Made by a program: the position numbers and the translations under genes. Positions 1 to 9,911 of a DNA stretch of 44,652 nt are shown piece after piece. Under the pieces are notes generated by a model. The model was not told where the DNA came from and did no database searches. It was given only the letters and a program-made list of their open reading frames with translations. The stretch comes from Methanomicrobiales archaeon (GTDB taxonomy: Archaea; Halobacteriota; Methanomicrobia; Methanomicrobiales; Methanospirillaceae). The stretch's first letter is position 1. Each line of letters starts with the position of its first letter. The stretch lies in assembly GCA_037137755.1 (NCBI GenBank), contig JBAXJR010000019.1:1-44652 (forward strand). Reading direction: 5' to 3'.

Positions 1-1087
1 CAAAAACCCCTTTAATCTCTCCCTCGTTATCATAATACACGGTTGCGTTGTAGAGGACGGGGGCCGTATGCCCGTCGTGGTGGCGGATTTCAAGTGGATA
101 ATTAATTACCTTTCCCTCAGAAAAAACCCGCTGGTACCCTTCGCGGGCTCTCTCCGGCTCGGTAAAATATTCATGGAAATCGGTGCCGATTAGTTCATTC
201 CTGTCAAATCCTGTGATCGTTTCCGTCGATGAATTCACGTCCTGGATTTTCCCCTCCCTGCTGATAGTTACAAGGGGGTCGAGACTCGCCTCAATCAGCC
301 CGCGATTATATGTACTCAGATCTCTCAACATATTTTCTGACAGTCTACGCTCAGTGATATCCACGACCCCTGCAATCGCCCCGAGGTATTGCCCGTCCTT
401 ACCCAATAGAGGTGTGGCTTCAAGGGATGCATAGATCCGTGTCTCATCCTTTTTTAAGAACTCAAAATCATGCTGTTCCTTAATTCCCTGCTGCCTCCGC
501 TCGATGTTCCACTCACAGATACGGCGCCCTTCATCGTCCATAAAAGAGAAGAGGCTGCGACCGGTCATCTCATCTACGGTGTATCCCAGGATTTCCGCCA
601 TTTTCGGGTTCACAAAGGTCGTGACTGCCTCATTGTCAATAACCCAGACCCCCTCATTCAGTGTTTCCAGGAGAGTACGGTATTTCTCCTCGCTTTCTCT
701 CAATTTTGAATCGAGTGCATGTTTATAGAGCGCCATCTCGATCGTGGCATGGAGTTCACGGTTATGGGATGGTTTTACAATATAGCCATACGGTTCCGTG
801 AGCCTTGCCTCTTTTAGGAGCATTTCGTCCGTATAGGCAGTCAGGTACACGACAGGAATATTGGCGATTGCCCGGATCTTCTTCGCGGTTTCTATTCCGT
901 TTATCGGCCCATAGAGTTCGATGTCCATCAGAACGAGATCGGGCTTTTCGGCCAATACAGCCTGGATCGCTTCATCGCCGGTGGCAACCGGTTCAAAAAC
1001 AGTATAGCCAAGGGAGGACAGGGACTGTACAATGTTTGCCGCGATAAGAGCTTCATCTTCAACAATGAGGATGCTGGACTTACTCAT
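1..1087 (-). CDS. Response regulator (REC) + PAS-domain signalling protein, 3' end runs off the window start
   Basis: Not in the ORF track. The minus strand from ATG at 1087 reads MSKSSILIVEDEALIAANIVQSLSSLGY...PDLVLMDIEL...PVVYLTAY...YGYIVKP (receiver domain), followed by PAS repeats. The start overlaps the stop of the upstream kinase (ATGAGTAA). Confidence 0.85.
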   Translation of the reverse strand, partial: MSKSSILIVEDEALIAANIVQSLSSLGYTVFEPVATGDEAIQAVLAEKPDLVLMDIELYGPINGIETAKKIRAIANIPVVYLTAYTDEMLLKEARLTEPYGYIVKPSHNRELHATIEMALYKHALDSKLRESEEKYRTLLETLNEGVWVIDNEAVTTFVNPKMAEILGYTVDEMTGRSLFSFMDDEGRRICEWNIERRQQGIKEQHDFEFLKKDETRIYASLEATPLLGKDGQYLGAIAGVVDITERRLSENMLRDLSTYNRGLIEASLDPLVTISREGKIQDVNSSTETITGFDRNELIGTDFHEYFTEPERAREGYQRVFSEGKVINYPLEIRHHDGHTAPVLYNATVYYDNEGEIKGVF

Positions 1088-4000
1088 GGGAAACCTGCTC
1101 CTTCACATCCCGTACCGGGAACCGGATCGTATACGCTGTACCAACTGCGGTACTTACCTGAAGAGTCCCGCGAAGCTGGTGTTCAACAATGAGCCTGATC
1201 AGGTACAACCCAAGGGAGTGGCCCCGGTCTGCCTCGGACCCCTCTGGTATTCCGATCCCGTTATCTTCGATAGTAAGGAGATAGTAACCGCCCTCGTTTT
1301 TCAGGTTAATGGTAATAGTACAGGGCTCATGGCGCTGATCCTGGCAGGAGAATGTCGTGGGGAACGCATATTTCAGCGAGTTGGTAATAATTTCGCTCAT
1401 GACCAGGCCACAGGGAATGGCTGTCTCAATGGGCATTGTGATATCTCCAATGTCGATCCTGCAAGGGATATTGGCACCTGTCCCATACACCTGGAACAGT
1501 TGTTTTACAAGATTTTCAGTGTAACTTGCACTATTAACCTGGGAAAGATCTTTCGTCTGGTAGAGTGATTCATGGACAAGGGCCATACTCCGGATCCGGC
1601 TTTCCAGATCCCTTAATTGTGAAGCCGCGGAGGGATCAGAGAGCGTGGCTGTCTGGAGGCCAATGAGCGAGATAATCCCCGCAAGGTTATTTTTAACCCG
1701 GTGATGAACTTCCCGGAGCAGGACTTCCCGCTCGGCGAGGGCATGCTGCATTGCCTCCTCTGCCCGCTTACTTTCGGTGATATCCTGTATAAAGCCATAA
1801 AGATTTTTTTCACCGGTATCAGGGTTGATCGATTCCGAAAATGAAAGTAACGTGTCAATAATAGTTCCATCTTTCTTCCGGTACCTGTTCCTGAAAGTTT
1901 TCCATGATCCCCTGGTTTGTTCAACCTCACGGACAAATTCGGGGCGCAATCCAGGCTGTTCATACAGGGCCTCTGCAATTGAGGTTTTATTGACCGTTTC
2001 CACCAGTTCTTCTGCCGAATTGTACCCTAACATGGTAGCTGTTGCCAGGTTAACAAAAACAAATTTTCCTTCAGGTATCGATTGGAACATTCCAATGGGA
2101 ATATTTTCAAAGATATTACGGATTTGGATATTGCGCCTGTTCAGGGCCTCTTCTGTCTCCTTCTGTTCGGTGATATTTCGGAAATATCCCATCAGGCCAT
2201 TTATCTTGCCCTCATTATTAAATTTCGGGAGATATACCCCCTCGAAATACTCAGGTTCGCCTTGTTGAGAGATTAATGATGAATTAAAGGCTACGGTCTC
2301 CCCTGTTTCAAGGACCTGCCTTTTAATTGAGGTCAGCTTATCTGCGTCGGCCTTTGATAGGATATCATAATCTGTTTTTCCTACCATCTCTTCGATCGTG
2401 AGGCCCAATTGAGGGTTAAGGACCCAGACATAGCGTAAATCGTGATCCTGAATGATAATATGATCAGGAGAGTTCTCGGAAATAAGCCTGAATTTTTCCT
2501 CGCTCTCCCGGAGCTCCACCTCTGTCCGTTTGCGCTCGGTGATATCTTTTGAAGTACAGAGTGCGGAGGTTACCGACCCGGCATCATCCTTAACCGGAAC
2601 AATTGTCGTCACATAATACCGGTCACCGTCAGACCTTGGTACCCGGACTTCAAATACCTTGCTTTCACCGGTTGAAAAGACCGTGCGAAGGGCTGAAAAC
2701 CGCTGCTCTGCCTCTTCCCTCGGGAACACATCCCAGATTTTTCTCCCTGTTATTGCGTCAACAGGTTTTCCGACACCATCAGCAAAAGCACGGTTGACGT
2801 AACGGTATGTCCCATCCGGGTAGAATGAGAATGTGGGATCTGATGATTCATCGAGAAGGATGCGGTACTTTTCCTCGCTTTCTTTCAGATCGTTCTCTGC
2901 ACGTTTCCGTTCCGTTATATCCCTGCTGACCCCGATAAGAACTTCCTGGTTATTCCACCACCCCGGGGTAACCTTTGTTTCCACCTGGATGCGTGTACCG
3001 TCTTTTGCGAGAACGGGCACCGGACAGGAATCGATGGTCCCGGCAATCATTCCCTGCACAATCCTGAGTGCTTCTTCCCGCCGTTCAGGTACATGTAACA
3101 GGAGGACATTCATCCCGGTAAGTTCCAGGGGTGAATACAACAGACGTTTCGAAACGGTATTATTTGCCGTGATGATGTTTCCCTGCATATCCAGCACAAA
3201 GACCATCTCATTAATCGAGTTGAACAGGGTTTCCAGATTATTTCTGGCTCTCTTTGCTTCCTCTTCGGCTGCCATCCGCTCTATCGTACTTCCAAGTTCC
3301 CCGCTGATAGAGATGAGCGCCTGTTTCTCCTCTTCAGAGATTACATGCCGTTTCATGCTGGCGAGGTTTAACGCCCCGATAGCCACCCCTTTTGACATTA
3401 AGGGGAAACTGGCTAATGACTGAAATCCGGACTTCTTCGCGTGGCCAGGAGAGATCTGTGCATAATTTTCGGTGATAATCGGTTCGTTTTTAATGAAAAG
3501 TGTATCATAGGGTTTCGTGTCAATGCATACGGTCTGAATTTCAGCAAGGACTTCTTTGGGAAGGTTTTTGGAGTGTACGATAGTTGCAATTCGTGTGGTA
3601 CGATCCACCAGGTAGATTCCGCCTGCATCGAAGTCCAGCAGTCGTAGCGATTCCTCCAGGATATTGCTGATAAGTTCCTGGAGGTTACCGGCCTTGTTTG
3701 CCGTAACGATGATACCATTGAGGATTGAGAGCGTTTTTGACTGGCGTTTCCATGCTTCATCTGCCTTCCTGAGTCCGGTAACGTCCTGTGTAACGCCAGC
3801 GATCTTGACGGGCTTTTTTTCAGCATCAGTGAGTATTCTTGCGACCGAATGAACGATCTTCCGGCCGGAATTATCGCCAGGTTCAATGGTGTATTCAATA
3901 TTATACTCAGCGCCGGCTTCAATGAGATCTGTTAATGCACGATGAACTCGTTCCCGTTCAGGAATCCTGGCCTCAACAGCCTCCAGCGAGAGAATTCCAT

Positions 4001-4910
4001 CCGCCTGTCGTGGAATTGCAAATATCCTGAACGCCTCTTCCGATCCCCAGATCATGCCGGTCGCTAAATCCAGTTCCCAGCTTCCGGTCTGTCCGATTTC
4101 CTGTGCCAGACGCAGGTGCTCAATGTTGATCTGTCTGGCTTCTTCAGTGCGTTTGGATTCGGTGATATCGGTAGAGATGCCAAGGATCTGGTTCACTTCA
4201 CCGCCGGGACCGGCTAAAGGAATAAGGCGCGTACTGATCCAGCGTGCTCCGGTCGGGTACTGCTCAAGGACCTCATTTGTCCGAATCGCTTTTGTCGTGA
4301 GAACGCAATTGATCTCCTCCATAAAATGACGGGCAATATCCGTGGGGAAAATTGTGTCAGTCCGTTTGCCGATGAGATCTGCCGGAGTCAGCCCAAATAC
4401 CTGTGCAGCCCGTTGATTTGCATACTGTATGATACCCTCGCGGTCAACAAGATAGATCATATCCGGGCTTGATTCGGAAAGCGTCTGGTACAGGTTCTCG
4501 CTCTTACGGAGTGCATCTTCTGCCCATTTGCTGGATGCCGCTGACTTGATCTTGTGTATGAGTTCAGCAAACTGTGCATCCGGATCACCACCTTTCTGGA
4601 GGTAAAAATCTACTCCATTGTTGATCGCCTGGATGACGACCTCTTCCCTCCCTTTTCCTGTAAAAAGAATAAATGGGATCGTCCCGAATTTCTTCCTGAC
4701 CTCAATAAGGAACTTTATGCCATCCATCCCGGGCATCTGGTAATCCGATACAACAACATCGATTTTTTCACTTTCAAGAAGTTTTAAAGCGGTTGATGCT
4801 GAATCAACGGTCTCTACACAAAAATCTCCGGCAGGTTCGAGGAACATCTTACCTATCTCAAGAAGACTATGATCATCGTCAACATAGAGAACCCGGATTG
4901 GAGTTGACAT
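1080..4910 (-). CDS. Hybrid sensor histidine kinase (REC-PAS-PAS-GAF-multiple PAS-HisKA_2/HATPase)
   Basis: N-terminal REC (VLYVDDD...VSDYQMP...FTGKG), repeated PAS/PAC motifs (DITERK), a GAF-like segment, HisKA_2 H-box EVHHRVKNNL, N-box EIITNSLKYAF and G-boxes DNGIG/SLGL. SD-like AGGTGA upstream. Confidence 0.93.
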   Translation of the reverse strand: MSTPIRVLYVDDDHSLLEIGKMFLEPAGDFCVETVDSASTALKLLESEKIDVVVSDYQMPGMDGIKFLIEVRKKFGTIPFILFTGKGREEVVIQAINNGVDFYLQKGGDPDAQFAELIHKIKSAASSKWAEDALRKSENLYQTLSESSPDMIYLVDREGIIQYANQRAAQVFGLTPADLIGKRTDTIFPTDIARHFMEEINCVLTTKAIRTNEVLEQYPTGARWISTRLIPLAGPGGEVNQILGISTDITESKRTEEARQINIEHLRLAQEIGQTGSWELDLATGMIWGSEEAFRIFAIPRQADGILSLEAVEARIPERERVHRALTDLIEAGAEYNIEYTIEPGDNSGRKIVHSVARILTDAEKKPVKIAGVTQDVTGLRKADEAWKRQSKTLSILNGIIVTANKAGNLQELISNILEESLRLLDFDAGGIYLVDRTTRIATIVHSKNLPKEVLAEIQTVCIDTKPYDTLFIKNEPIITENYAQISPGHAKKSGFQSLASFPLMSKGVAIGALNLASMKRHVISEEEKQALISISGELGSTIERMAAEEEAKRARNNLETLFNSINEMVFVLDMQGNIITANNTVSKRLLYSPLELTGMNVLLLHVPERREEALRIVQGMIAGTIDSCPVPVLAKDGTRIQVETKVTPGWWNNQEVLIGVSRDITERKRAENDLKESEEKYRILLDESSDPTFSFYPDGTYRYVNRAFADGVGKPVDAITGRKIWDVFPREEAEQRFSALRTVFSTGESKVFEVRVPRSDGDRYYVTTIVPVKDDAGSVTSALCTSKDITERKRTEVELRESEEKFRLISENSPDHIIIQDHDLRYVWVLNPQLGLTIEEMVGKTDYDILSKADADKLTSIKRQVLETGETVAFNSSLISQQGEPEYFEGVYLPKFNNEGKINGLMGYFRNITEQKETEEALNRRNIQIRNIFENIPIGMFQSIPEGKFVFVNLATATMLGYNSAEELVETVNKTSIAEALYEQPGLRPEFVREVEQTRGSWKTFRNRYRKKDGTIIDTLLSFSESINPDTGEKNLYGFIQDITESKRAEEAMQHALAEREVLLREVHHRVKNNLAGIISLIGLQTATLSDPSAASQLRDLESRIRSMALVHESLYQTKDLSQVNSASYTENLVKQLFQVYGTGANIPCRIDIGDITMPIETAIPCGLVMSEIITNSLKYAFPTTFSCQDQRHEPCTITINLKNEGGYYLLTIEDNGIGIPEGSEADRGHSLGLYLIRLIVEHQLRGTLQVSTAVGTAYTIRFPVRDVKEQVSHE

Positions 4911-5254
4911 TATATTTTACTTATTCACCTTGCAATATATTTGAATTTGTAATTACTTTGCACCTGCCGGTCCTGGTTTTCTCTCGTCAAGCCCCATGTC
5001 TGGTAATAGTTCGATAGTCAGGGTTGAAGATAAACTATCCGTCAATTCATGGAGGTGATTCAAACGTCACCGGAACAGCATTACAAAGAACATGAAGGTA
5101 CGGATACAAATGACGTTTTTTCTTCTGCCCCTTTTGGAACGTGGAGCGCATGGAGGTTTTGTTGGAAAAATAGAGGGGTTTGGAAGCGTTGGAAAGTTTA
5201 CCGCCACATCCCCTTCGGCACGGTCATGCCAAACCGTGCTCCCTTCCCCGGCTC

Positions 5255-5458
5255 ACTGGTCTCTGTGATCGTGGTGCCGGTGAGATAGCGTTCGTGGAAT
5301 TGGAAGCACTCTCTTTAGCACGAAACGGCATCCCTTTCAGAAACAGTTATTGCTGGATTTGCAGATTTGACCAGGGAACCATCGTGGAAGTAAGGGCGTA
5401 CCTCGACTCAGCGCTCGTGCAGAAGTTGCTCGATGAGAATGAACCGGGTCCACTGTAA
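5255..5458 (+). pseudogene. C-terminal fragment of a SnoaL/NTF2-like (ketosteroid isomerase-like) protein
   Basis: GEIAFVELEALSLARNGIPFRNSYCWICRFDQGTIVEVRAYLDSALV is the typical C-terminal half of SnoaL-like proteins. No matching N-terminal half is in frame upstream. Start coordinate is approximate. Confidence 0.6.
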
Positions 5459-5572
5459 TTTCATACAGATGTAAGCCTTATAATCACGCAGCAATACATC
5501 TTATTTTGAAGCTCTGATTTGAAAGATTTGTTTTTTTAGCGAGCAACGTGGCCATAACCATGATAAGGAAGG

Positions 5573-6076
5573 ATGATTGAAATGGGAATAGTAAGTACTT
5601 TCCTCGGGAAACAGAAAAATGAAACGCCGCCAATCTGCAATGTTGATTTGGAACGGTATCTCGGCACATGGTATGAGATAGCCCGCTATCCGCATTCTTT
5701 TGAAGAGGGCTTAGACAATGCAACCGCAAATTACTCTCTTCGGAATGATGGCAGGATTCAGGTCATTAACAGGGGCCTCAAAAATGGGAAGATAGAAGTG
5801 GCGAAAGCTGTAGCGACTGTACCGGATAAAAACTGCACCGGCAAGTTACTTGTCAGTTTCTTTTGGCCATTTAAAGGCGAATACAGGGTCATCCTGCTCG
5901 GCAAAGACTACGACTACGTCGTCGTCACAGGCAGCACCATGGATTATTTATGGATATTAAGCCGCCAACCCAAAATCAGTAAAGACCTTCACGATGATCT
6001 GACCGCTTATGTATCTTCAAAAGGCTACCATCCTGAAAAAATCATCTGGGTAACGCAGGACAAGAATGAACCATAA
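5573..6076 (+). CDS. Lipocalin (Blc-like) family protein
   Basis: VDLERYLGTWYEIAR (GxWY lipocalin motif), DYDYVVV and YLWILSR motifs. No clear lipobox. True start may be 5582. Confidence 0.9.
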   Translation: MIEMGIVSTFLGKQKNETPPICNVDLERYLGTWYEIARYPHSFEEGLDNATANYSLRNDGRIQVINRGLKNGKIEVAKAVATVPDKNCTGKLLVSFFWPFKGEYRVILLGKDYDYVVVTGSTMDYLWILSRQPKISKDLHDDLTAYVSSKGYHPEKIIWVTQDKNEP

Positions 6077-6407
6077 TTCAGCCAGAATGAAGAAAAGGAA
6101 ACATACTAAAATTTTAAGGGTTGGGATGTGATTCACTCTCCAAACCCAATTCAATATCCCCTTATGATAAGGAATGAGAGGAATCTAACCCGACAGGGAC
6201 TATTATAAGTCAGTTCTCCGGGGTGCCGTTCAACAACCCAGACTTTTCAGAATACATAACGGACAATCACGATGGTTGCATATAAGGTTATTATTTAGCA
6301 TCATCCCGGTTGATCCATGGATTTATTACCTCGTAGTTCAAAACAAGCGCAATAACGCGGGTGAATCAGGTTAGTACCAATAACCGGAATACCATACGCA
6401 GGCTCCC

Positions 6408-7898
6408 ATGTTGGAAAAATGTGATCTGACAGAAACGGTTGATGACAGGACTCTTGAAAAAGAACTTCCACCCCACCAGGAGATGCTCGGAGTCCTCCAG
6501 CGTACGGTCCAGAGCCGTAAAATCCCGGTTATGATCGTGATTGAAGGTTGGAATGAATCCGGGATCACCGAAATAACAAGAGAACTGATTAGGTCGCTCG
6601 ACCCGCGGGGATATGATCTTTATGCAATCAAGGCCCCTACACTGGAGGAGGAGGCCCGTCCGTTTATGTGGAGGTTCTGGAGTAAAACTCCGGAAAACGG
6701 GCGTATCGCTATTTTTGCCCGGAGCTGGTATAGCAGGGCGATTGCAGAAGAGATGACACGGGCGATCTGGAAGAAATCTTTCAAAGGAAAGAGAACATCG
6801 ATCAATAACTTTGAACGGCAACTCATTGAAAGTGGCGCAGTAATTGTAAAATTTTTCCTGCACATCAGTAAGGACGAACAGAAACGCCGCCTTGAACACC
6901 AGGAGAGAAACCCGCTGACCGCATGGCAGGTCACCCCACGGGTCTGGAATATCTATCACCAGTACGATGATAACCTTCCGCTGATCGATGACCTTCTTGA
7001 AAAAACGGATACCGGTTATGCCCCATGGCACATAATCCCTGCAACTGACCTCGGCCTGGCCCTGTTGAAAGTTAATGCATGCCTTGTAAAGGCACTGGAA
7101 GACCGGATCGATAGAAAAACCGGGGATGAGAAGAGATCCAGTAAGAAAGAGAAGAGCGTAAATAAGGAGGTCCACCTCCCGAAGACACGGATGGTCAGAC
7201 TTGAGTCATCACCCCCTAACGCCTGCATTAAGGAAGAATGCCAGGAATCACTTGAAAACCTGCAACTCGAAATGATCGAGTTCCATTCTATCCTGCACAA
7301 GCGCAGGATCCCGCTGATTATTGTCTATGAGGGGCGGGATGCGGCAGGAAAGGGGGGCAGTATCCTCCGTATTTCCCGCTTTATGCACCCGCTCGGGTTC
7401 AATGTTGCCCCGGTGGGGGCACCAACAGATACTGAAAAAAAGCACCACTATCTCTGGAGATTTTACCAGAAGTACCCGAAAGCTGGTCACATAACCATCT
7501 TTGACCGGAGCTGGTACGGGCGTGTCCTTGTGGAACGGGTGGAAGGGTTCTGTTCAGAGACTGAATGGAAACGATCATATACTGAGATCAATGAAATGGA
7601 AGAAGAATTTACAGAACATGGGGGAGGCATAATCAAATTCTGGCTGGAGATCAGCAAAGATGAGCAGTTGAAGCGGTTCCAGCAGCGTGTCGCTGACCCA
7701 TTAAAGATCTGGAAAATTACAGAAGAAGACTGGCGCAACCGTGAGAAATGGGACCTCTACACGCGGGCTATCGACGATATGATCTCGTATACAAACACCG
7801 AGTCTGCCCCCTGGACCGTAATTCCGTCTGATGATAAATGGTATGCCAGGGTCAAGACGATGAAGACACTCGTGGATTACGGGGGATCACTTTTTTAA
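6408..7898 (+). CDS. ppk2: Two-domain polyphosphate kinase 2 (polyP:AMP phosphotransferase-like)
   Basis: Duplicated PPK2 domains. The second has an intact EGRDAAGKGG and FDRSWYGRVLVERVEG. The first is degenerate (EGWNESG, FARSWY). Confidence 0.92.
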   Translation: MLEKCDLTETVDDRTLEKELPPHQEMLGVLQRTVQSRKIPVMIVIEGWNESGITEITRELIRSLDPRGYDLYAIKAPTLEEEARPFMWRFWSKTPENGRIAIFARSWYSRAIAEEMTRAIWKKSFKGKRTSINNFERQLIESGAVIVKFFLHISKDEQKRRLEHQERNPLTAWQVTPRVWNIYHQYDDNLPLIDDLLEKTDTGYAPWHIIPATDLGLALLKVNACLVKALEDRIDRKTGDEKRSSKKEKSVNKEVHLPKTRMVRLESSPPNACIKEECQESLENLQLEMIEFHSILHKRRIPLIIVYEGRDAAGKGGSILRISRFMHPLGFNVAPVGAPTDTEKKHHYLWRFYQKYPKAGHITIFDRSWYGRVLVERVEGFCSETEWKRSYTEINEMEEEFTEHGGGIIKFWLEISKDEQLKRFQQRVADPLKIWKITEEDWRNREKWDLYTRAIDDMISYTNTESAPWTVIPSDDKWYARVKTMKTLVDYGGSLF

Positions 7899-8066
7899 AC
7901 TTTTGCCGGGTAGTTGGGGACTATCATCGTCATACAGTATGATATTTTTCCACACGATTACCGGCCATACGGGCAGTCCCCACCCTGCATACAGAAGTGA
8001 GAACGTCCGTATTTAAGAACAAGCATTACGATATTTCTAATAGCAAAAAACAGATTTGGATTTTCT

Positions 8067-9662
8067 ATGCGCCAGGACAGGGGTACATCTTCAGGATTAC
8101 GGCTGATTACGGCAGTTATATGTATTATCCTATTCATACTGCCGGGCGCTGTCTTTGCCGAGACCCTCGTGAATAATACTTCAAGCCCGTTGGTTACGAC
8201 CAGTATACCAGGAGTAATCATCCAGACGACAACAGCGGTGCCCACAGTCCCCCTGACTCGTGGTACTACGAGTTCGAGCTCCACGGTCACGACCACCGTT
8301 GTAACTGCAGTCACAAGCCAACAGGCGACACCAGTTCCCACTGCCAGGGAGAACACAACCGCTGCGGTCAATCCTCCTCCGCTCCTTATCCTCGGAACGC
8401 CAAAAATTGAAAATCTTACCGTTACTATGTACGGGACTGTTGCCCCGGGTTCGGCAAACGTGACTATGGCAAGTACCCGCTGGGACTGGGGAGACAACCA
8501 ACCATTGGAATACCATGGGTTCCCGTATTCTCACGGGTACAGCAGCCCCGGAACCTACACCCTCACGATAACGGCCCAGCAGTCCGACCACCAGTATGTC
8601 ACAAAAACCACCAGCATTTTTGCAGTGCAACCTGTTATCCCTCTTACCATTCCCGCAACGATGAACACCACGGTAACAGGGACCCCATTGCTCCCGGTAA
8701 TAGCAAATACCCCACTCCTGACCCTCCTTGAGCCGGTTACCGACGGTATGAATGTGACGGTGAACGGGAATCTCAATCCCGGATCACCGGGTGTTACCAT
8801 CGATTCAGTGAGTGCTGAATGGAATGATGGGACCATAACGAAAACTACCGATCTGCCGGTAACCCACCAGTACTCCGAATTTGGGATCTACACCATTAGT
8901 ATTACCGGAAAGCAATCCGACGGGCTGTCGACCACCAAGAGAATTACGATGGACCTCAAGGAAGAGGTCCCGGGGTTCCCAGGGCCGGTTACACCCCACG
9001 CCCCGCCGAATGAAACGCCGGTCTATCTCATCATCATCGCCACGGCCATAATCGTCGTGGCTATCGTGGTCGTTGTGCAGCAGATTTCCATGCGGAGGAG
9101 GGGGCGGCTGCATCCCCCGGAAATCCCGAAAAATTTTACGCCAAGGGCAGGCCCGAGACCGGAAAATTTGCCTTCACCGGAAGAACTGGCAGTGATATGT
9201 TCCGGTACCGACGTTACCCCGGAAGTACTCGATCCGGTCATACGGGTCGCCGTGGAAATTGCCAGGGAAGGACGGGAGGGACAGGCAATAGGAACATCGT
9301 TTGTAGTCGGCGATACTGATAACGTCCTCACCAACTCAAAACAGTTTGTCTTAAACCCGTTCCATGGTTACCATGAGGCCAAGCGGCAGATAACCGATGC
9401 AGGGGTCAGGGGAAATATAAAGGAGTTTGCCCAGCTGGACGGGGCATTCCTCGTCACGGGCACCGGGGTGGTCGAGGCGGCAGGGAGGTGCATCACCGTG
9501 GACCTGAGCAAGGTGAACCTTCCCGGAGGACTGGGTTCACGTCATTCGTCAGTCGCCGGCATAACCCAGGTCACCAGGTCAATCGGGGTCGTGGTCTCGC
9601 AGAGTGGAGGCCTGATATCCATTTTCAGGGACGGAAAGATCGTTTATACCATTAGTCCATAG
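8067..9662 (+). CDS. Membrane-anchored diadenylate cyclase with extracellular PKD-like domains
   Basis: Signal peptide (...ILPGAVFA), Thr-rich stalk, two PKD-like repeats (WDWGD...HGYSSPGTYTLTITA; WNDG...HQYSEFGIYTISITG), TM YLIIIATAIIVVAIVVVV, then a DAC domain with EGREG..GT.FVVGD, KEFAQLDGAF (DGA) and GLGSRH motifs. Confidence 0.88.
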   Translation: MRQDRGTSSGLRLITAVICIILFILPGAVFAETLVNNTSSPLVTTSIPGVIIQTTTAVPTVPLTRGTTSSSSTVTTTVVTAVTSQQATPVPTARENTTAAVNPPPLLILGTPKIENLTVTMYGTVAPGSANVTMASTRWDWGDNQPLEYHGFPYSHGYSSPGTYTLTITAQQSDHQYVTKTTSIFAVQPVIPLTIPATMNTTVTGTPLLPVIANTPLLTLLEPVTDGMNVTVNGNLNPGSPGVTIDSVSAEWNDGTITKTTDLPVTHQYSEFGIYTISITGKQSDGLSTTKRITMDLKEEVPGFPGPVTPHAPPNETPVYLIIIATAIIVVAIVVVVQQISMRRRGRLHPPEIPKNFTPRAGPRPENLPSPEELAVICSGTDVTPEVLDPVIRVAVEIAREGREGQAIGTSFVVGDTDNVLTNSKQFVLNPFHGYHEAKRQITDAGVRGNIKEFAQLDGAFLVTGTGVVEAAGRCITVDLSKVNLPGGLGSRHSSVAGITQVTRSIGVVVSQSGGLISIFRDGKIVYTISP

Positions 9663-9911
9663 GATGGCGTGGTTGGGTTGAACAGGGGACATGTATTCCA
9701 ACCGTTTTATACGCGTCAGTGCTGACCGGTCTATTCCAGACCTCCCGTTTCACCACAATCAAGCACCGCACGACGATTATGTGAAATGAGTTGCGAAACT
9801 TGTGTTCCCTGATTAATCCTGCCTGACAGCGCTGATACAACAGGACAGGTTCCGTTCGGGCACCCCATTGAGATAGTTACATAAGGTAATTCCTCAAACA
9901 ACCGAGGTATC

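Noticed and set aside
1-4910. Coupled hybrid kinase and REC-PAS gene pair as a novel system
   Set aside because: Such expanded REC/PAS/HisKA_2 genes are commonplace in Methanomicrobiales.
6118-6162. Imperfect hairpin sharing TCAATATCCCC with 29330-29340
   Set aside because: The match is only 11 bp and the stems are weak; likely chance or generic terminator-like sequence.
6408-7100. Degenerate Walker A in the first PPK2 domain
   Set aside because: An inactive N-terminal domain is a known trait of two-domain PPK2 enzymes.
9663-9911. Possible c-di-AMP (ydaO) riboswitch next to the DAC gene
   Set aside because: Only a short CGCTGA match; I could not find the other conserved ydaO elements.
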